Source of the DNA: Lama guanicoe
Taxonomy: Eukaryota
Length of the DNA stretch: 64,000 bases
Direction of reading: 5' to 3'
NCBI GenBank assembly: GCA_013239625.1
Contig: MU054187.1
Location: 24,740,433-24,804,432 of the forward strand
Positions 26,597 through 40,004 of the stretch are shown here, piece after piece; the first letter of the stretch is position 1, and each line of letters starts with the position of its first letter. The notes beneath the pieces are model-generated. The model did not search any database, was not told where the DNA came from, and was given only the letters and a program-made list of their open reading frames with translations. The position numbers and the translations under genes are program-made.

Positions 26597-29521
26597 TGAA
26601 TCTTACAGAGTGACATTTAGCACTTATTCAATTAACAGAGTGGCATTAAAGTTTAATTCAAGTTTGTGCTCCCACACTTGGCAACATACATATTTCATAA
26701 AGTGAGCTGAGTCATGACTAAACAGTTATATTAATCTAATTTATATTAATTAAAAAACTTTTATAATTGACTGAACCACAAATACATGTGTTTTAACCTG
26801 CTACAACGGATGCTCTACTAAAGCAGTGATTCTTAGAATCGACAATCTCAAAATGAGTGAGTTATTTGCAGATAAGACAGATTCAGTCAGCACGATGGAT
26901 GCAATGCAATAGTTATTATGGTTTTCTAAATAACTGACTTTAAAATTCTATTTATTCTACTTCTAAAGCGATACAGAGAATAGTGGAAACTGTTATAACT
27001 ATTAAAGTTAAATGTACAGTAAGAAAGTATGTAGCTCTAGAAAATTAGAAGACATTCTAATTTATAAATAGAATAAAATTTTAATATCTATCAAATGCCT
27101 TACATCCCCTTTAACAAAATTCTCTCTATTCTATCGTACATTTCTTTCAGTGTAAAAGGTCTCACATATATACAAATGGTTGTTTATGAATCAGTCTACA
27201 CAGTAAGGTAACAATACCAAATGACAGAGCCAATCTCAGACAAAAATGGTATGTAAATATATAATACATACATGAGAGGATATGAGGTTCTTACTACTTT
27301 CCAATGAATAAAACATTTTAAAATTACCTACAGCTTTATTATTCACATTTTCACTCTTTGTTTTGCCACAGATAATAGTTTACTGTATCCAGAGAACAGT
27401 TAACTCTAGTTTAGTTCAATGAAGAGTGAACATTTGTTATACCTTGAGTCAGGTTCCTAAAGATGTATGTCCTTAGCTCTCCTTAACAGCATTAGCCAGA
27501 GTTCTAACTTTTATTTGCATGATTATTTCATGTTTGCTTCTTCCACTAAATTCCAAGCTGGCAGAAACTGTAATACATTATGGCTGATCATGACATCCAT
27601 AGGTCTATCTCACCTGGTTCACGGTAGGCATTCAATAAATATTTGGTAATAACAAATTGATAATATAAAATAGAAATTAAAATTTCACCTAATAAATTAA
27701 AAATAGGGGGAAGTGGCCAAGAGGGCGGAGTAGAAGGACGTGCTTATTATTAGCTCACCCTCTCCCACGAATACACCGAGAGACAACCACAGACCCACCC
27801 ATTTACTCAGAACACCTGCTGAACTCTGACAGAACATCACCTTCTTCAAAAGACAAAATTTATCACAAATCTGGTAGGAGAAAAAAAAATAAGAAAAAGG
27901 AAATTAGTGCAGGACCAGTCCTGCAGGGAGGGAGCAACAAAGGAGGAATAGCGCTCTTAGGCTGGGTCTCCACCTCTCCAACAAAGAGGTCAGTGGGGAC
28001 GGAGTTCCGTGGAGGCGCAGATCTGTGCACAGCAGCCCTGCGCAGACAGAACTAAGTGAAATGGGCACAAAAGGTCCCTGGGATCCCCAGCCCTAGAAGG
28101 CGAGCCGGCAGGGGGCGGGGGGGCCAGGACAGGCTGCCCTAGCCAGGTGGAGGACTGGGGCCGCTGCCCAGAGGCAGACTCGGGGGCTGCAGTGTGCTGT
28201 GCACCACTGCTAGGAGTACATATGGAAAAGAACAGCGTGGGTCCCCCATTAAAAAAATACAAGCAACACTGCTGGTGTGCGCTGGGAGGAGGGGCATCAG
28301 AGCCTTTGTCACCTCAGACCCAGGGCCCCACTGCTGGTGCATTCTCGGGAGAAGAGAGGTGGGGCTCAGCCACAGCCACCATATTTGCTAGTGCTCAGCT
28401 GCCAGGCAGAGGTGAGGATGAAAACTGAATCCGTTACCAGGGCCTCTGCAAACTCATAGGCAAAACTGAGATTTGTTTACAGACTCAGGCAGACGGGACC
28501 TTTCTGCTCCACGGGTGCCTCTGTAGACCCACGCCTCTAAGACAAATGACCAAAACCCAGAGTTCAGGCACACAGCAGGGGCAAGGGCTGGTGCGGCCGT
28601 TCTCTGCGAACCTGCCTACCTTGTGCAGAGGTGGTGCGGGGAGCAGCATGGACAGAGGGGTGGGATCCACGGACCTCTAGAACAATAGAGTGGAGTTCAC
28701 GCAGCAGGGCGAGTGCAGGACCAGTGGTTGGTGCTGGGAAAGGAGCTGATCTAATAGTGCACCAGGATCCAGGTGTGCAACCCAGAAATTGGCATAACTA
28801 CATTGGTAGCCCTGAGGCCAGAGAACCTGAGGGACACCAGAACAGCACAATGACATCCCTGCAGCTAAAGTGGGAACAAAGGCAGAGTCAACAAAGAGTA
28901 CTTAAAGCTTTCCAAACCCGCCTAGCATGCACAGCAGCTCAGAAATGGGTCTGGAAGCCTCCACTGCAACAAAAGAGGAACAGACCCAGCCCCTGTCAGG
29001 GCTGTGACAACCACAGAAGAAAAAGAGGCCCCACTCAACAGCCAGGGCAGGCTCTGGTCACCACAACACCGGCCACACCCCAAGTCAAAGGCGTAACAGC
29101 CAACACACACGGAAGGGCCTGGCAACAATCCATACTAAGAACAGACCTCGCAACTAAACTATCAGGGGAGCACAGGCTAAAAAGGAGCACTATCTTTTTT
29201 TTAATTTTTAAAATTTTTATATATTTTTTATATTATTTTACTTGTTTTTAAAAATTTTTTAACATTTTCTTTTTAAATGTTTTAAAATTTTCCTTAATTT
29301 TCTTTTGTTTTTATTTAAAAGTTTCTTTTTCTTCTTTAAAAATTTGTTTTTAATTTTTTAAAAAATTGTGTTTGTTTTGTTTGCTGCTGTTGTTCTATTT
29401 TGTTCTAGGTTTTTTTTTAAGTTTTATTTCCATATTCTCTTCAAAAAAAAAAAAATCCCCTCAAGACCGCAGTAAATAACTGATACTCCATAATCCATAG
29501 TGCTAGAGAGATATAAGCAAA

Positions 29522-30392
29522 ATGAAGAAGCAGAGAACTACTCCAAATTAAAAGAACAAGAGAAATTCCCTGAAAGCACGATCAATGAAATAGACCTCAA
29601 TAGGCTACTAGATCATGACTTCAAAAAGGGAGTAATCAAAGCACCGAAAGAACTAAAATGAATGGAGACAGAGAATACTTTGAAAAGGAAATTGCGACTA
29701 TAAAGAGGAGCCAATTAAAAACACAAAACACAATGGCAGAGATAAGAGCCAAGCTAAAGGCTGTCAAAGCAGACTAGACAATGCTGAGGAACAAGTAAGT
29801 GACTCAGAAGCCAGGACAACAAAAGTCAGCCAATCAGAACAGCAGACAGAAAAGCAAATAAAAACCAGTGAAAGCAATATAAGGGACACATGGGATAACA
29901 CAAAATGTACCAACCTATGCATAATAGGGCTCCCAGAAGGAGAAGAAATAGCAAAGGGGATTGAAAAGATATCTGAAGATATTATGAATGAAAATTTCCC
30001 AAACCTAAAGAAGGAATCAGATATCCAAGTACAGGAAGCATAAAGAGTCCCCAACAAGAAGAACCCATCAAGATATACTATAATCAAGATGGCCAAGGTT
30101 AAAGATAAAGAAATGATTCTAAAGGCAGCAAGAGAAAAACAAAGAGTAAGTTATAAGGGAACTCCCAGAAGGCTTTCAGCTGATTTTTCTACACAAATAC
30201 TGCAGGACAGAAGGGAGTAGCAAGATATTTAAAGTCCTGAATGAGAAAAAGCTGCAACCTAGGATATTTTATCCAGTAAGGCTATCCTATAGAATAGAAG
30301 GAGAGAGAAAGAATATCACAGAGAAGTGAAAACTAAAAGAATTCAGGAACACTAAACCTTTGCTAAAAGAAATATTGAAAAGTCTACTGTAA
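29522..30392 (+). pseudogene. L1 ORF1 remnant (frameshifts and stops)
   Basis: ATGAAGAAGCAGAG start; NLCIIGLPEGEE, ENFPNL and LKAAREK ORF1p motifs. Confidence 0.85.
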
Positions 30393-30780
30393 ATAGAAAA
30401 GCAGCAGGATGCTATAGAAAGAAGAAAACCTAAATTGGAAAGGCAATAACTACAATGAGTTGCAACAGAATAAACATGAAGATGTAAAAGAGGACAAAAT
30501 CGTTAAGTGTGGAAGAGCAAGAAAATATAGATTTTTTTTCTTTTTTTCATTATTTTTAGGATGTGTTTGAGCTTATATGACTATCAGTTTATAGCAAACA
30601 TATAATAATGGGTTAATACACTTGAAAAACAAGGTAACCACAAGTCAACAGCACACAAGGATCACAAAAACCAAAAAGAAACTGAGATAATACAAAACAA
30701 AATTATCAGAGCACAAAATGATAAAACAAAAAGAAAGGAACAAAGAGGAAATACCAAATCAACTGGAAAACTAAGTTAAA

Positions 30781-33700
30781 ATGGCAATAAACACACATCT
30801 ATCAATAATTACTATAAATGTCAATGGACTAAATGCTCCAATCAAAAGACACAGAGTGGCAGACTGGATAATAAAACAGGAAACTACAATATGCTGCATA
30901 CAAGAAACCCAATCACTTTACACACACAGATTGAAAGTGAGAGGATGGAAAAAGATATTTCATGCAAACATTAATGACAAGAAAGTGGGAGAAGGCATAC
31001 TGATTTCAGACAAAATAGACAAAGGCCATAAAGAAAGATAAAGGACACCATTACACTCATTAACATATGTGCACCCAATACAGGAGCACCTAAATACATA
31101 AAGTAAATACTAACAGATGTAAAGGGAGAAACTGATGGGAACACAATCACAGTAGGAGACTTTAATACCCCATTAACATCACAAGAAAGACCTTCCAGAC
31201 AGGAAATCAGTAAGTCAATGGAGAAACTAAATGACACAATAGAACAGTTGGACTTGGTAGACATTTTTAGGACATAACATATTCCAAAATAGAATTTACA
31301 TTCTTTTCAAGTGTTCATAGAACATGTTCTAGAATAGATTCTGTTCTCAGGCACAAAAGGAGACTCAACAAATTTAAGAGGATAGAAATTATTTCATGCA
31401 TCTTTTCTGACCACAATGCCATGAAACTAGAAATCAACCATGGAAAAACAAAGGAGAAAATGACAACAGCATGGAGATTAAACAACATGCTATTAAAAAA
31501 ACCAATGGGTCAATGATGAAATTAAAGAAGAAATTAAAAAAATACATTGAGACAAATGACAATGAAAACGTAACTACATAAAATCTATAGGATGCAGCAA
31601 AAGCAGTCCTAAGAAGGAAGTTCAGAGCCATACAGGCCTTCCTCAAAACACAAGAACAATCTCAAATAAACAACATAACCTACCAGCTGAAAGAACTGGA
31701 AAAAGAGCAAACAAAACCAAAATTCAGCAGAAGGAAGGAAATAATAAAAAATCAAGGATGAAATAAGTAAAATAGAGGTTAAAAAAATAGAAAAAAAACC
31801 CCAATCAAACCAAGAGCTGGTTTTCTGAAAGAGTAAACAAAATTAAGAAACCTCTAGCCAGGCTCACTAGGAAGAAAAGAGGGCACAAACAAACAAAATA
31901 AGAAAGGAAAATGGAGAAATTACAACCAATACCACAGAAATACAAAATATCATAAGAGAATATCAAGAACAACTATATGGAAACAAACTGGAAAACCTAG
32001 AAGAAATGGACAAGTTTCTGGAAACATACAGTCAACCAAGACTGAATCAAGAGAAACGGATGACTTGAACAGACTGATCACTAGAAATGAAATAGAATTA
32101 GTGATAGAAAACCTCTTTGCAAACAAAAGTCCAGGACCAGATGTCTTCACTGGGGAATTCTACCAAACATACAAAGAACTCATACCAGTCATTCTCAAAC
32201 TCTTCAAAAAGATTGAAGAGGAAGGAATACTCCCAAACTCATTTTATGAAACCACCATCACCCTGATACCAAAACCAGACAAAGATACTACCAAAAAAGA
32301 AAATTACAGACCAATATCACTGGTGAACATAGATGAAAAATCCTCAACAAAATATTAGCAAACAAAATTCAACAGCACATAAAAAAGATCATATACCATG
32401 ATCAAGTTGGATTCATCCCAGGGACACAGGATGGTTCAACAAATGCAAATCACTCAATGTGATATAAATAACACATCCACAAAAGAAAGGACAAAAATGA
32501 TTTGATCATCTCAACAGATGCAGAAAAAGCATCTGATAAAATTCAACACCCATTTATGATAATAAACCCTTACCAAAGCGGGTATAGACGGAACATACCT
32601 CAACATAATAAAAACTATTTATGACAAGCCTACAGCCAGCATAGTACTCAATAGTGAAAAGTTGAAAGCCTTCCCACTAAAATCTGGAATAAGACAAGGA
32701 TGCCCACTCTCACCACTTCTATTCAACATAGTCTTGGACATCCTAGCCAAAGCAATCAGGCAAGAAAAAGAAACAAAAGGATCCAAGTTGGAAGAGAAGA
32801 GGTAAAATTGTCACTATATGCAGATGACATGATCCTATATATAGAAAGCTCTAAAAGTTCCACAAAAAAACTACTATAGCTAATAAAAGAATTCAGCAAA
32901 GTAGCAGGATACAAGATTAACCTACAAAAATCAGTGGCATTTCTTTACACTAACAATGAATCAACAGGAAAAGAAAGTAAAGAAACAATCCCTTTTAAAA
33001 TTGCATCCAAAAAAATTAAATACTTAGGAATAAATCTGACCAAGGAAGTGAAAGACTTATACATGGAGAACTACAAAACACTGATTAAGGAAATTAAAGG
33101 TGACTTAAAGTAATGGAAAGATAGCCCATATCCTTGGACTGGAAGAGTTAATGCTGTTAAAATGGTCATACTGCCCAAGGCAATCTACAAATTTAATGGG
33201 ATCCCTATCAAATTACCCAGAATATTTTTTCTTACAGAACTAGAAGAAACAATCCTAAAATTTACATAGAATCATAAAAGACCCAGAATTGCCAAAGCAA
33301 TATTGAAGAAAAAGAATGAAGTTGGAAGAATAACGTTCCCAGACTTCAGACAATAGTACAGAGCTACAGTAATCAAAACAGCATGGTATTGGCATAAAAA
33401 CAGATATATGGATCAATGGAACAGAATAGAGAACCCAAAAATAAATTCACAGACCTATGGTCAATTAATCTTCAACAAAGCAGGCAAGAATACACAATGG
33501 AGAAAAGATAGTCTCTTCAGCAAGTGGTGTTGGGAAAACTGAACAGCAGCATGTAAATCAGTGAAGTTACAATACTCCCTTACTCTATACATTAAAATAA
33601 ACTCAAAATGCCTTACAGGCTTAAATATAAGACAAGGCATGGTAAATCTCCTAGAAGGACACATAGGCAAAACATTCTCTCATGTAAATCTTAGCAGTGT

Positions 33701-34530
33701 TCTCCTATGGCAGTCTACCCAGGCAATAGAAATAAGATAAAAAATAAACAAATGGGTCCTAATTGAATTTATAAGCTTTTGTACAGCAAAGGAAACTATT
33801 AACAAAAGAAAACAACCACCTACGGAATGGGAGAAAATATCTGCAAATGATTCTACTGACAAGTGCTTAATTTCCAGAATATATGAACAGCTCATACAAC
33901 TTAGTAACAACAAAAAAGCAACCCAATCCAAAAATGGGCAGAGCACCTAAACAAGCAATTCTCCAATGAAGACATAGAAATGGCCAATAGGCACATTATA
34001 AAATGCTCAATATCACTGATTATCAGAGAAATGCACATCAAAACTAAAATGAGGTATCACCTCACAACCAGTCCAAATGGCCATCATTCAAAAGTCCATG
34101 AGCAATAAATGCTGGAGAGGGTGTGGGGAAATGGAATCCTCCTACACTGCTGGTGGGAATGTAGTTTGGTGCACCCACTATGGAAAACAGTATGGAGATT
34201 CTTCAAAAAAACTAAAAATAGACCCAGCATATGATCCAGCAATCCCACTTCTGGGCATATATCCAGAGGGAATTCTAATTCAAAAAGATACATGCATCCC
34301 AATGTTCATAGAAGCACTATATATAATAGCCAAGACATGGAAACAACCTAAATGTCCATTGACAGATGACTGGATAAAGAAGATGTGGTGTATTTATACA
34401 ATGGAATACTACTCAGCCATAAATAGAATAAAATAATGCCATTTGCAGCATTATTTTACATAGATGGACCTAGAGATCATTATCTTAACAGAAGTAAGAC
34501 AGAAAGAGAAAGAAAAATACCCTATGATAT
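30781..34530 (+). pseudogene. L1 ORF2 (endonuclease/reverse transcriptase) remnant
   Basis: ORF fragments [40 protein letters not shown]...[15 protein letters not shown], and CWRGCGE...[10 protein letters not shown]; multiple disablements. Confidence 0.92.
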
Positions 34531-34885
34531 CACTCATACGTGGAATCTAAAAAGAAAAAAGGGAAAAAAAGGACACTATGAATTCATCTACAAAACAGAA
34601 ACAGACTCACAGACACAGTAAACAATCCTGGTTACTGGGGAAAGTGGGTGGGAAGGGATAATTTTAGGAATTTGAGATTTACAAATGTTAGCCACTATAT
34701 ATAAAAACAGATTTTTAAAAAAGTTTCTTCTGTATAGTACAGGGAACTATGTTCAATATCTTGTAACAACCTTTCATAAAAAAAAAATGAAACAAATATA
34801 TGTATGTATATACCTGACTGGTACATTGAGCTGTACACCAGAAATTGACATTATAATTGACTGTACTTCAATTAAAAAAAAAAAA

Positions 34886-34958
34886 CCACCCTGCTGACAC
34901 CTTGATCTCAGACACCTAACTTCCAGAACTCAGAGAATAAATTTTTGTTCTTTAAGCC
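34886..34958 (+). mobile_element. MLT1 (MaLR) LTR 3' fragment carried as an L1 3' transduction
   Basis: CCCTGCTGACACCTTGAT...TTCCAGAACT...AATAAATTTTTGTTCTTTAAGCC lies between two A tails and inside the L1 TSD. Confidence 0.75.
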
Positions 34959-36079
34959 AAAAAAAAAAAAAAGGAAAAAAATTAGAAGTACAGGAAAAGT
35001 TTTAAAATTACAGATTTGAGTATTAAAATTCTGGGACTGGAAAAATACAGTTCGCTTTTCTAAAACACTAGTAAATTTTCATCCCAACAGCCAATAAGAC
35101 TGATCTTCAAAAAAGGTCACTGTTATTATCAAGAATCTAATCAAATGGAGTAGTGTATAGATATATACATATATATGATGTATATATAGACGATAGTACA
35201 ATGGTAACTAATAGAAGATGTTTTGGAACTTCATACACCTAAAAAAGTCTTTTTCTCTTTAACAGTGTGAGGATGGAAACAAGAAAGAAGAGACTAAGAT
35301 AAATATGAAGAAAATATAATTTAAAATCAGTATTTCTGAAAAATTACATTCTAGAAGTTTTGAAGGATTTCTGAAGCTCTAGTGATTTGACAGCTAGTAA
35401 GAAAATCGGAAGACAGTAAATTAACTTGTTGGAGACCTAGGTTAGAGGCACACTGCCTGAATACAAGGCTACCCCAAATATAAAGTGACCTCCAACTTCT
35501 AACAATGAAATAATTAAAACAGTTTTTGGCACATTTATACAGAAACTTTAAGAGCTACACATAAAGTAATTGTGTTTTATTATGTAGTAACTAGCACATA
35601 TTATTCACAAATTTTATAAAATATTAATCTAGAAATACTTTTTCCTATGTATATTTTATAACTTTTATTTAAATTGCTCACATGATCCTCAATAAAGTTC
35701 ATCTAACTCAGAGCACATCATCTTTACTTCTGTCCCAGAATTTTCCAAATACAGAATTTTTCTGAATTCATGTATAATTTTTGTCCTGGAAACTGTATTC
35801 CAAACCACAATATTTACTTGCCTAACATCTAGACAGCTGTTTATTTCATTAGTCCTAGAGATATATGCTCATGATTTCTAGAACTACATACTTACTATAT
35901 GCTGCTTTTTGGATAATGTCTAAAAGATTTTAATTAACAATGGCATCCACAATTTGTAAATCTGAGCTTACACGTCCAGGAAAAATTTTCTAGTATGTGT
36001 TAAATTTCTTTGCCTTGAATTTTAATTAATTGTTTAAGGTCAACTCTATAAGCTTCCTAAACTTTCATTTACTGAGACT

Positions 36080-36514
36080 GTTTCAGGCTAATGTGTCTCT
36101 TGGGCCTAGGATTTTATTACAAGCTAATAAGTTAACCTGTTCTTGTTTCATGGATGCTGCCAGAAGACACAAGACTCCCAGGTCAGAGACCAAGCAAGCA
36201 ACAAGCCTCTGTGTTGGTGGCAGGCCTCCCTCATACCAAGCCCCAAGGGGACGACACAGAAGGCGCACACGGTGGATTTTGCTACAGGAGAGGTACATGC
36301 CGTTCGTGGTGCTACTGAACTCGGGCATCTACTCATTTTACAACAAGCTAAAAGCAGTCTTACTCTTTATCTTTGGAGGGAGATATTACCTCATCCTCCA
36401 AGGTTTCTACTGCAAACACAACCGTGAAAAATGGCCTGGGTACAGGGAGGTCAAGGCCTAGCATTCTCGTCAGATCCAGCAACTTTTGTATGAGGCAAGG
36501 CCTCTCTCCCAACA
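36080..36514 (-). mobile_element. ERVL solo LTR (LTR40-like)
   Basis: Minus-strand start TGTTGGGAGA; TTCATGGATGCTGCCAGAAGACACAAGACTCCCAGGTCAGAGAC segment typical of this group (recall). Confidence 0.55.
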
Positions 36515-37679
36515 GTGCTTTCCCGAAACAGTGCTTGTTCTCTGAAATAAAGTTCTACCGTTTGAGAGATTTTGTAAAATTACAAATAAAGGGAAACTCC
36601 CTTTTCCCTGAAGGATCATTTCTTCACATCAGACATACAGAACATTTTAATAAACTTCTTTTAATATATTAGAGTATAGAACAGCAAAATTAAGTACTTT
36701 TTTTAAAATAGAATCTTCTAAAAATGACTTCATCAACACTGGGACTATGATGATAGTACAGGAAAATCGGTCATCACAAACTCTGTCAGGTACATGAAAG
36801 CTTAAATTCAGTCTTCCCCTTGACTTACTGACTCTTTGACAATAGTGCTGAGATGCAGACATAACTATACTAAAAAGGACTACACTCTTTATTAAATAAA
36901 AATATTATAGTGTATATGCTTCCTAATTTAAGTCCAGGACTAGTGATAATGCTTTTACAGAACTAAAAGAACAGGCAGTTTTGTAATAAAAGAGTCACCA
37001 CAATTTATTTATATCCATTTTGAAACTCATCCTCCTATTTCATATTTTAAATTTCATCATTTTTCTATTTAATAGTTGAGTATATAGTCAAGTAACTCTT
37101 CAGCAAACATATCAGAATGGATGCCGACAGGTATAGGACTCTATTAAGGCAAAAAACCATGTATTTTAAAATAATACTAAAAATCTGATCATCAATTGCT
37201 ACCATCAAATATGGACTAATGCAACAGTCTTTCCTGGTTAACACTGAATTACGAGTTACTGAACAATTTTACAGTAGAGATGTTTTACTATAGCCATCTA
37301 AGTTATTACAGTCACTAATTGAAGCCAGAAAAAAAAATGCAGAATCTAAAATCAAAAACAGACCCAGGTAAAATAAATCTGAGAATCTGAACAATAAGTA
37401 GGAATCAATGACTAATCCTAAAAGCTCCAAGACCTTAAAACGTATCACTAGTAGTAGAAACCTATCAGACCCCTCCACTCCCAAGTAATCTAGAATTAAC
37501 AACTGTTTATTATCTGTAACAAGAGTCACTGTTTATAGGATTTATTGACTCCCCTAGGTAGGTTTATAAATAGGCTTCAGGGAAAATATAATTCTGTTGA
37601 AATACTATGCAAGTTGGTGGTATGTAAGTGAAGTTTCTAGAAAAGTGACCAGTGCTTTCATGTTCTCACAGGGGTCTAG

Positions 37680-38261
37680 TGAAGTGGGAGGAAAGGGGGC
37701 AGGGCACAAGCACTTAAGGAATGTCACAGCCACTGAGGACAAGACAAGCTGGTTGGAACCAAGATGGCAGAAGATCTGACTTCCAGTAGGCCTTGAGCCT
37801 CCTGGTGCTCCCACAGGGCCATGACAGTTCCTAGGCTGAGCATAAAAGGTCAAAAAAGTAGGCGGAGGGGGGCACTTCCTGGCAATCCCTGCCCCTTCCC
37901 CAAGTAGCTGGAATAATCCTCCTACTCATTAGCATGTGAAATTACCAAGCCCATAAAACCTAACAACTCCGCACCCTGGGGTCGCTCTCGCTTGCCTTCT
38001 GAGATAGCCTGCACTCTGCCTATGGAGAGTGTGTCTACTTTTACTTTAAACACCCCACGCCTCTCGGCTTCCCTCCCTCTCACCTTTCTGAGACGGCCCA
38101 CATCCTGCCTATGGAGTGTGTGTCTCCTAAGCCGCTTCCCTTCTGACTGAGACACACTGCCTGTGGAGTGCGCATCTCCCTAGATAAACTTACTTTCACT
38201 TTGCCAGGCCTTGCTCTTGAATTCTTTCCTGCATGAGGCAAAAACCTATTCTCCCACAACA
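37680..38261 (+). mobile_element. ERV1 solo LTR, MER41-like
   Basis: TGAAG...CAACA termini; 4-bp TSD CTAG (37676-37679, 38262-38265); GAATAATCC...TTAGCAT and repeated CTGCCT(A/G)TGGAG motifs. Confidence 0.85.
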
Positions 38262-38483
38262 CTAGGACTCAAAAAAAGGTTAAGAATCATCTATTTTAAA
38301 ACCTGACGATCTCTTCCCAGAACAAAGCATATTAACTGTTAATCAGATTATAAAATATAAGAAATCTCCCAAATGAAAATTTAAAACAAAGAAGAAAACC
38401 TAGTTTTCATTTACTTCTAAAAGCAGATACATATCATGAGGTATAAATAGTTCCTAAAAATGCCCCACACTGGGCAAAACAGC

Positions 38484-38983
38484 TGTGAACGAAAAATACT
38501 GCCAGTGGTATCAGTAAACAAAGGATGCTGTGGCCATCAAGTCATCTGCCACCACCCTGATGGTAGACGGAGGGAACTAAGGATGCAGACAGGCAGGCAG
38601 CCCACCTCTGGAGCCATCACTATGGCGCCCACTGATGGGAGTCAGGATGGGAAAGAACAGGATACTGGCCCTAGAGAGCTAAGGTGCATCTCAAAGAAAT
38701 GATTTCAACAAGCCTGGACCTTTGCACCTTCACATACTTAGAAAAGCACTAAATTCCTTAGCTTGAGATATCTGGCTTTCTTTAATTAACAGTAATCTTT
38801 TGTTATTCCGATTATCTGGTCTTCGCCGCAAAACTCCTATATATCCTAGCTTCTCCCCGGCCACTGCAGAACAGTCTCTTACAGTGATCTGAGAGGCTGC
38901 CTCCCGGGTTCAAGTTCTCAGAAGGTCCACTGGATGAAACATAAATCTCAACTTACAGGTTGTGCATTTTATTTCAGTCGACA
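38484..38983 (+). mobile_element. ERV1 solo LTR (500 bp)
   Basis: TGTGAAC...GTCGACA termini; 4-bp TSD CAGC (38480-38483, 38984-38987); TATA-like CCTATATAT near 38836. Confidence 0.85.
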
Positions 38984-39821
38984 CAGCTTGTAGTAGCAAT
39001 CTTTTCAAATTGGTAATAAAACACTCAACTTCCACAATATTTTAGATTTTTTAAACCTCCTCAGATCTATTATTCCATCTAGACTACAAGCTACTGACAC
39101 ACATTTTAAGCAAGCACGGCCTTACGTTGACTAAAAACACCCACCGTCTAGTCACCAGTATCTTAACCATGCAATCTGAAAAGAAAAACCCCAAACATGC
39201 TCCTCCTCAGCCACAGTGCCACAAGCGTTCCTCACACACACAGTGGACAGACTCTCCAGTCTGGTGGTTCACAAATTTAGCAAAGCAGCTAAAACATTAA
39301 GTAAGTAAATAAGGCTATTATGAATCTTCCCAGACACTGAAATCAACTACATTTCCTTTAACAGGCACTTACTCGCTCAGACTTTCTGAGGACACTACTA
39401 GTTAAGACAACTAATACTAACCCTACTACTACTAAATCCCTAAACACTCGGCAGGATAGGTATTAGCCTCATTTTCCAAAGGAGGTAACTGACACTTGGA
39501 AGAAGTAAGCTCCATTCCCAAGGCCACAGCGCTGGGCACGGTCTGGCCCAGGGCTGTGTGCTCCGGAAGGGGGCTGCGGCACCACACGATTCCAGGGGTC
39601 CCGCCTGCACGAAGCCCAGCGCTGGCTCACGTGCTCTATTCGTTGTCCCTCTATGCCATTACCACCCTTCAATGTTTTCCTTTAAATACTGGCACATAAA
39701 TAACATCTGCTTTACCGAGAAAACAAAAGAACTATGGGGGAAACTTTTTTTACATACTAACAAAAACAAAACTTCATTAATAACACTGAACTGAAGCATA
39801 ATTACATCCTGAAAGTCATCA

Positions 39822-40004
<183 letters not shown>

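Larger units (their letters stand above)
27706..34885 (+). mobile_element. full-length decayed L1 (~7.2 kb), antisense to NBN, in intron 5
   Basis: GGGGGAAG start, ~1.8 kb GC-rich 5' UTR, ORF1 remnant, ORF2 with EN start and YADD (32817-32828), 3' UTR and A tail; degenerate TSD AAATTAAAAATA (27694-27705) / AAATTAGAAGTA (34979-34990). Confidence 0.95.

Noticed and set aside
27990..29251. ORFs of 60-206 aa on both strands, possible ORF0-like genes
   Set aside because: They lie in the GC-rich L1 5' UTR with no recognisable homology; cannot be supported without a family consensus.
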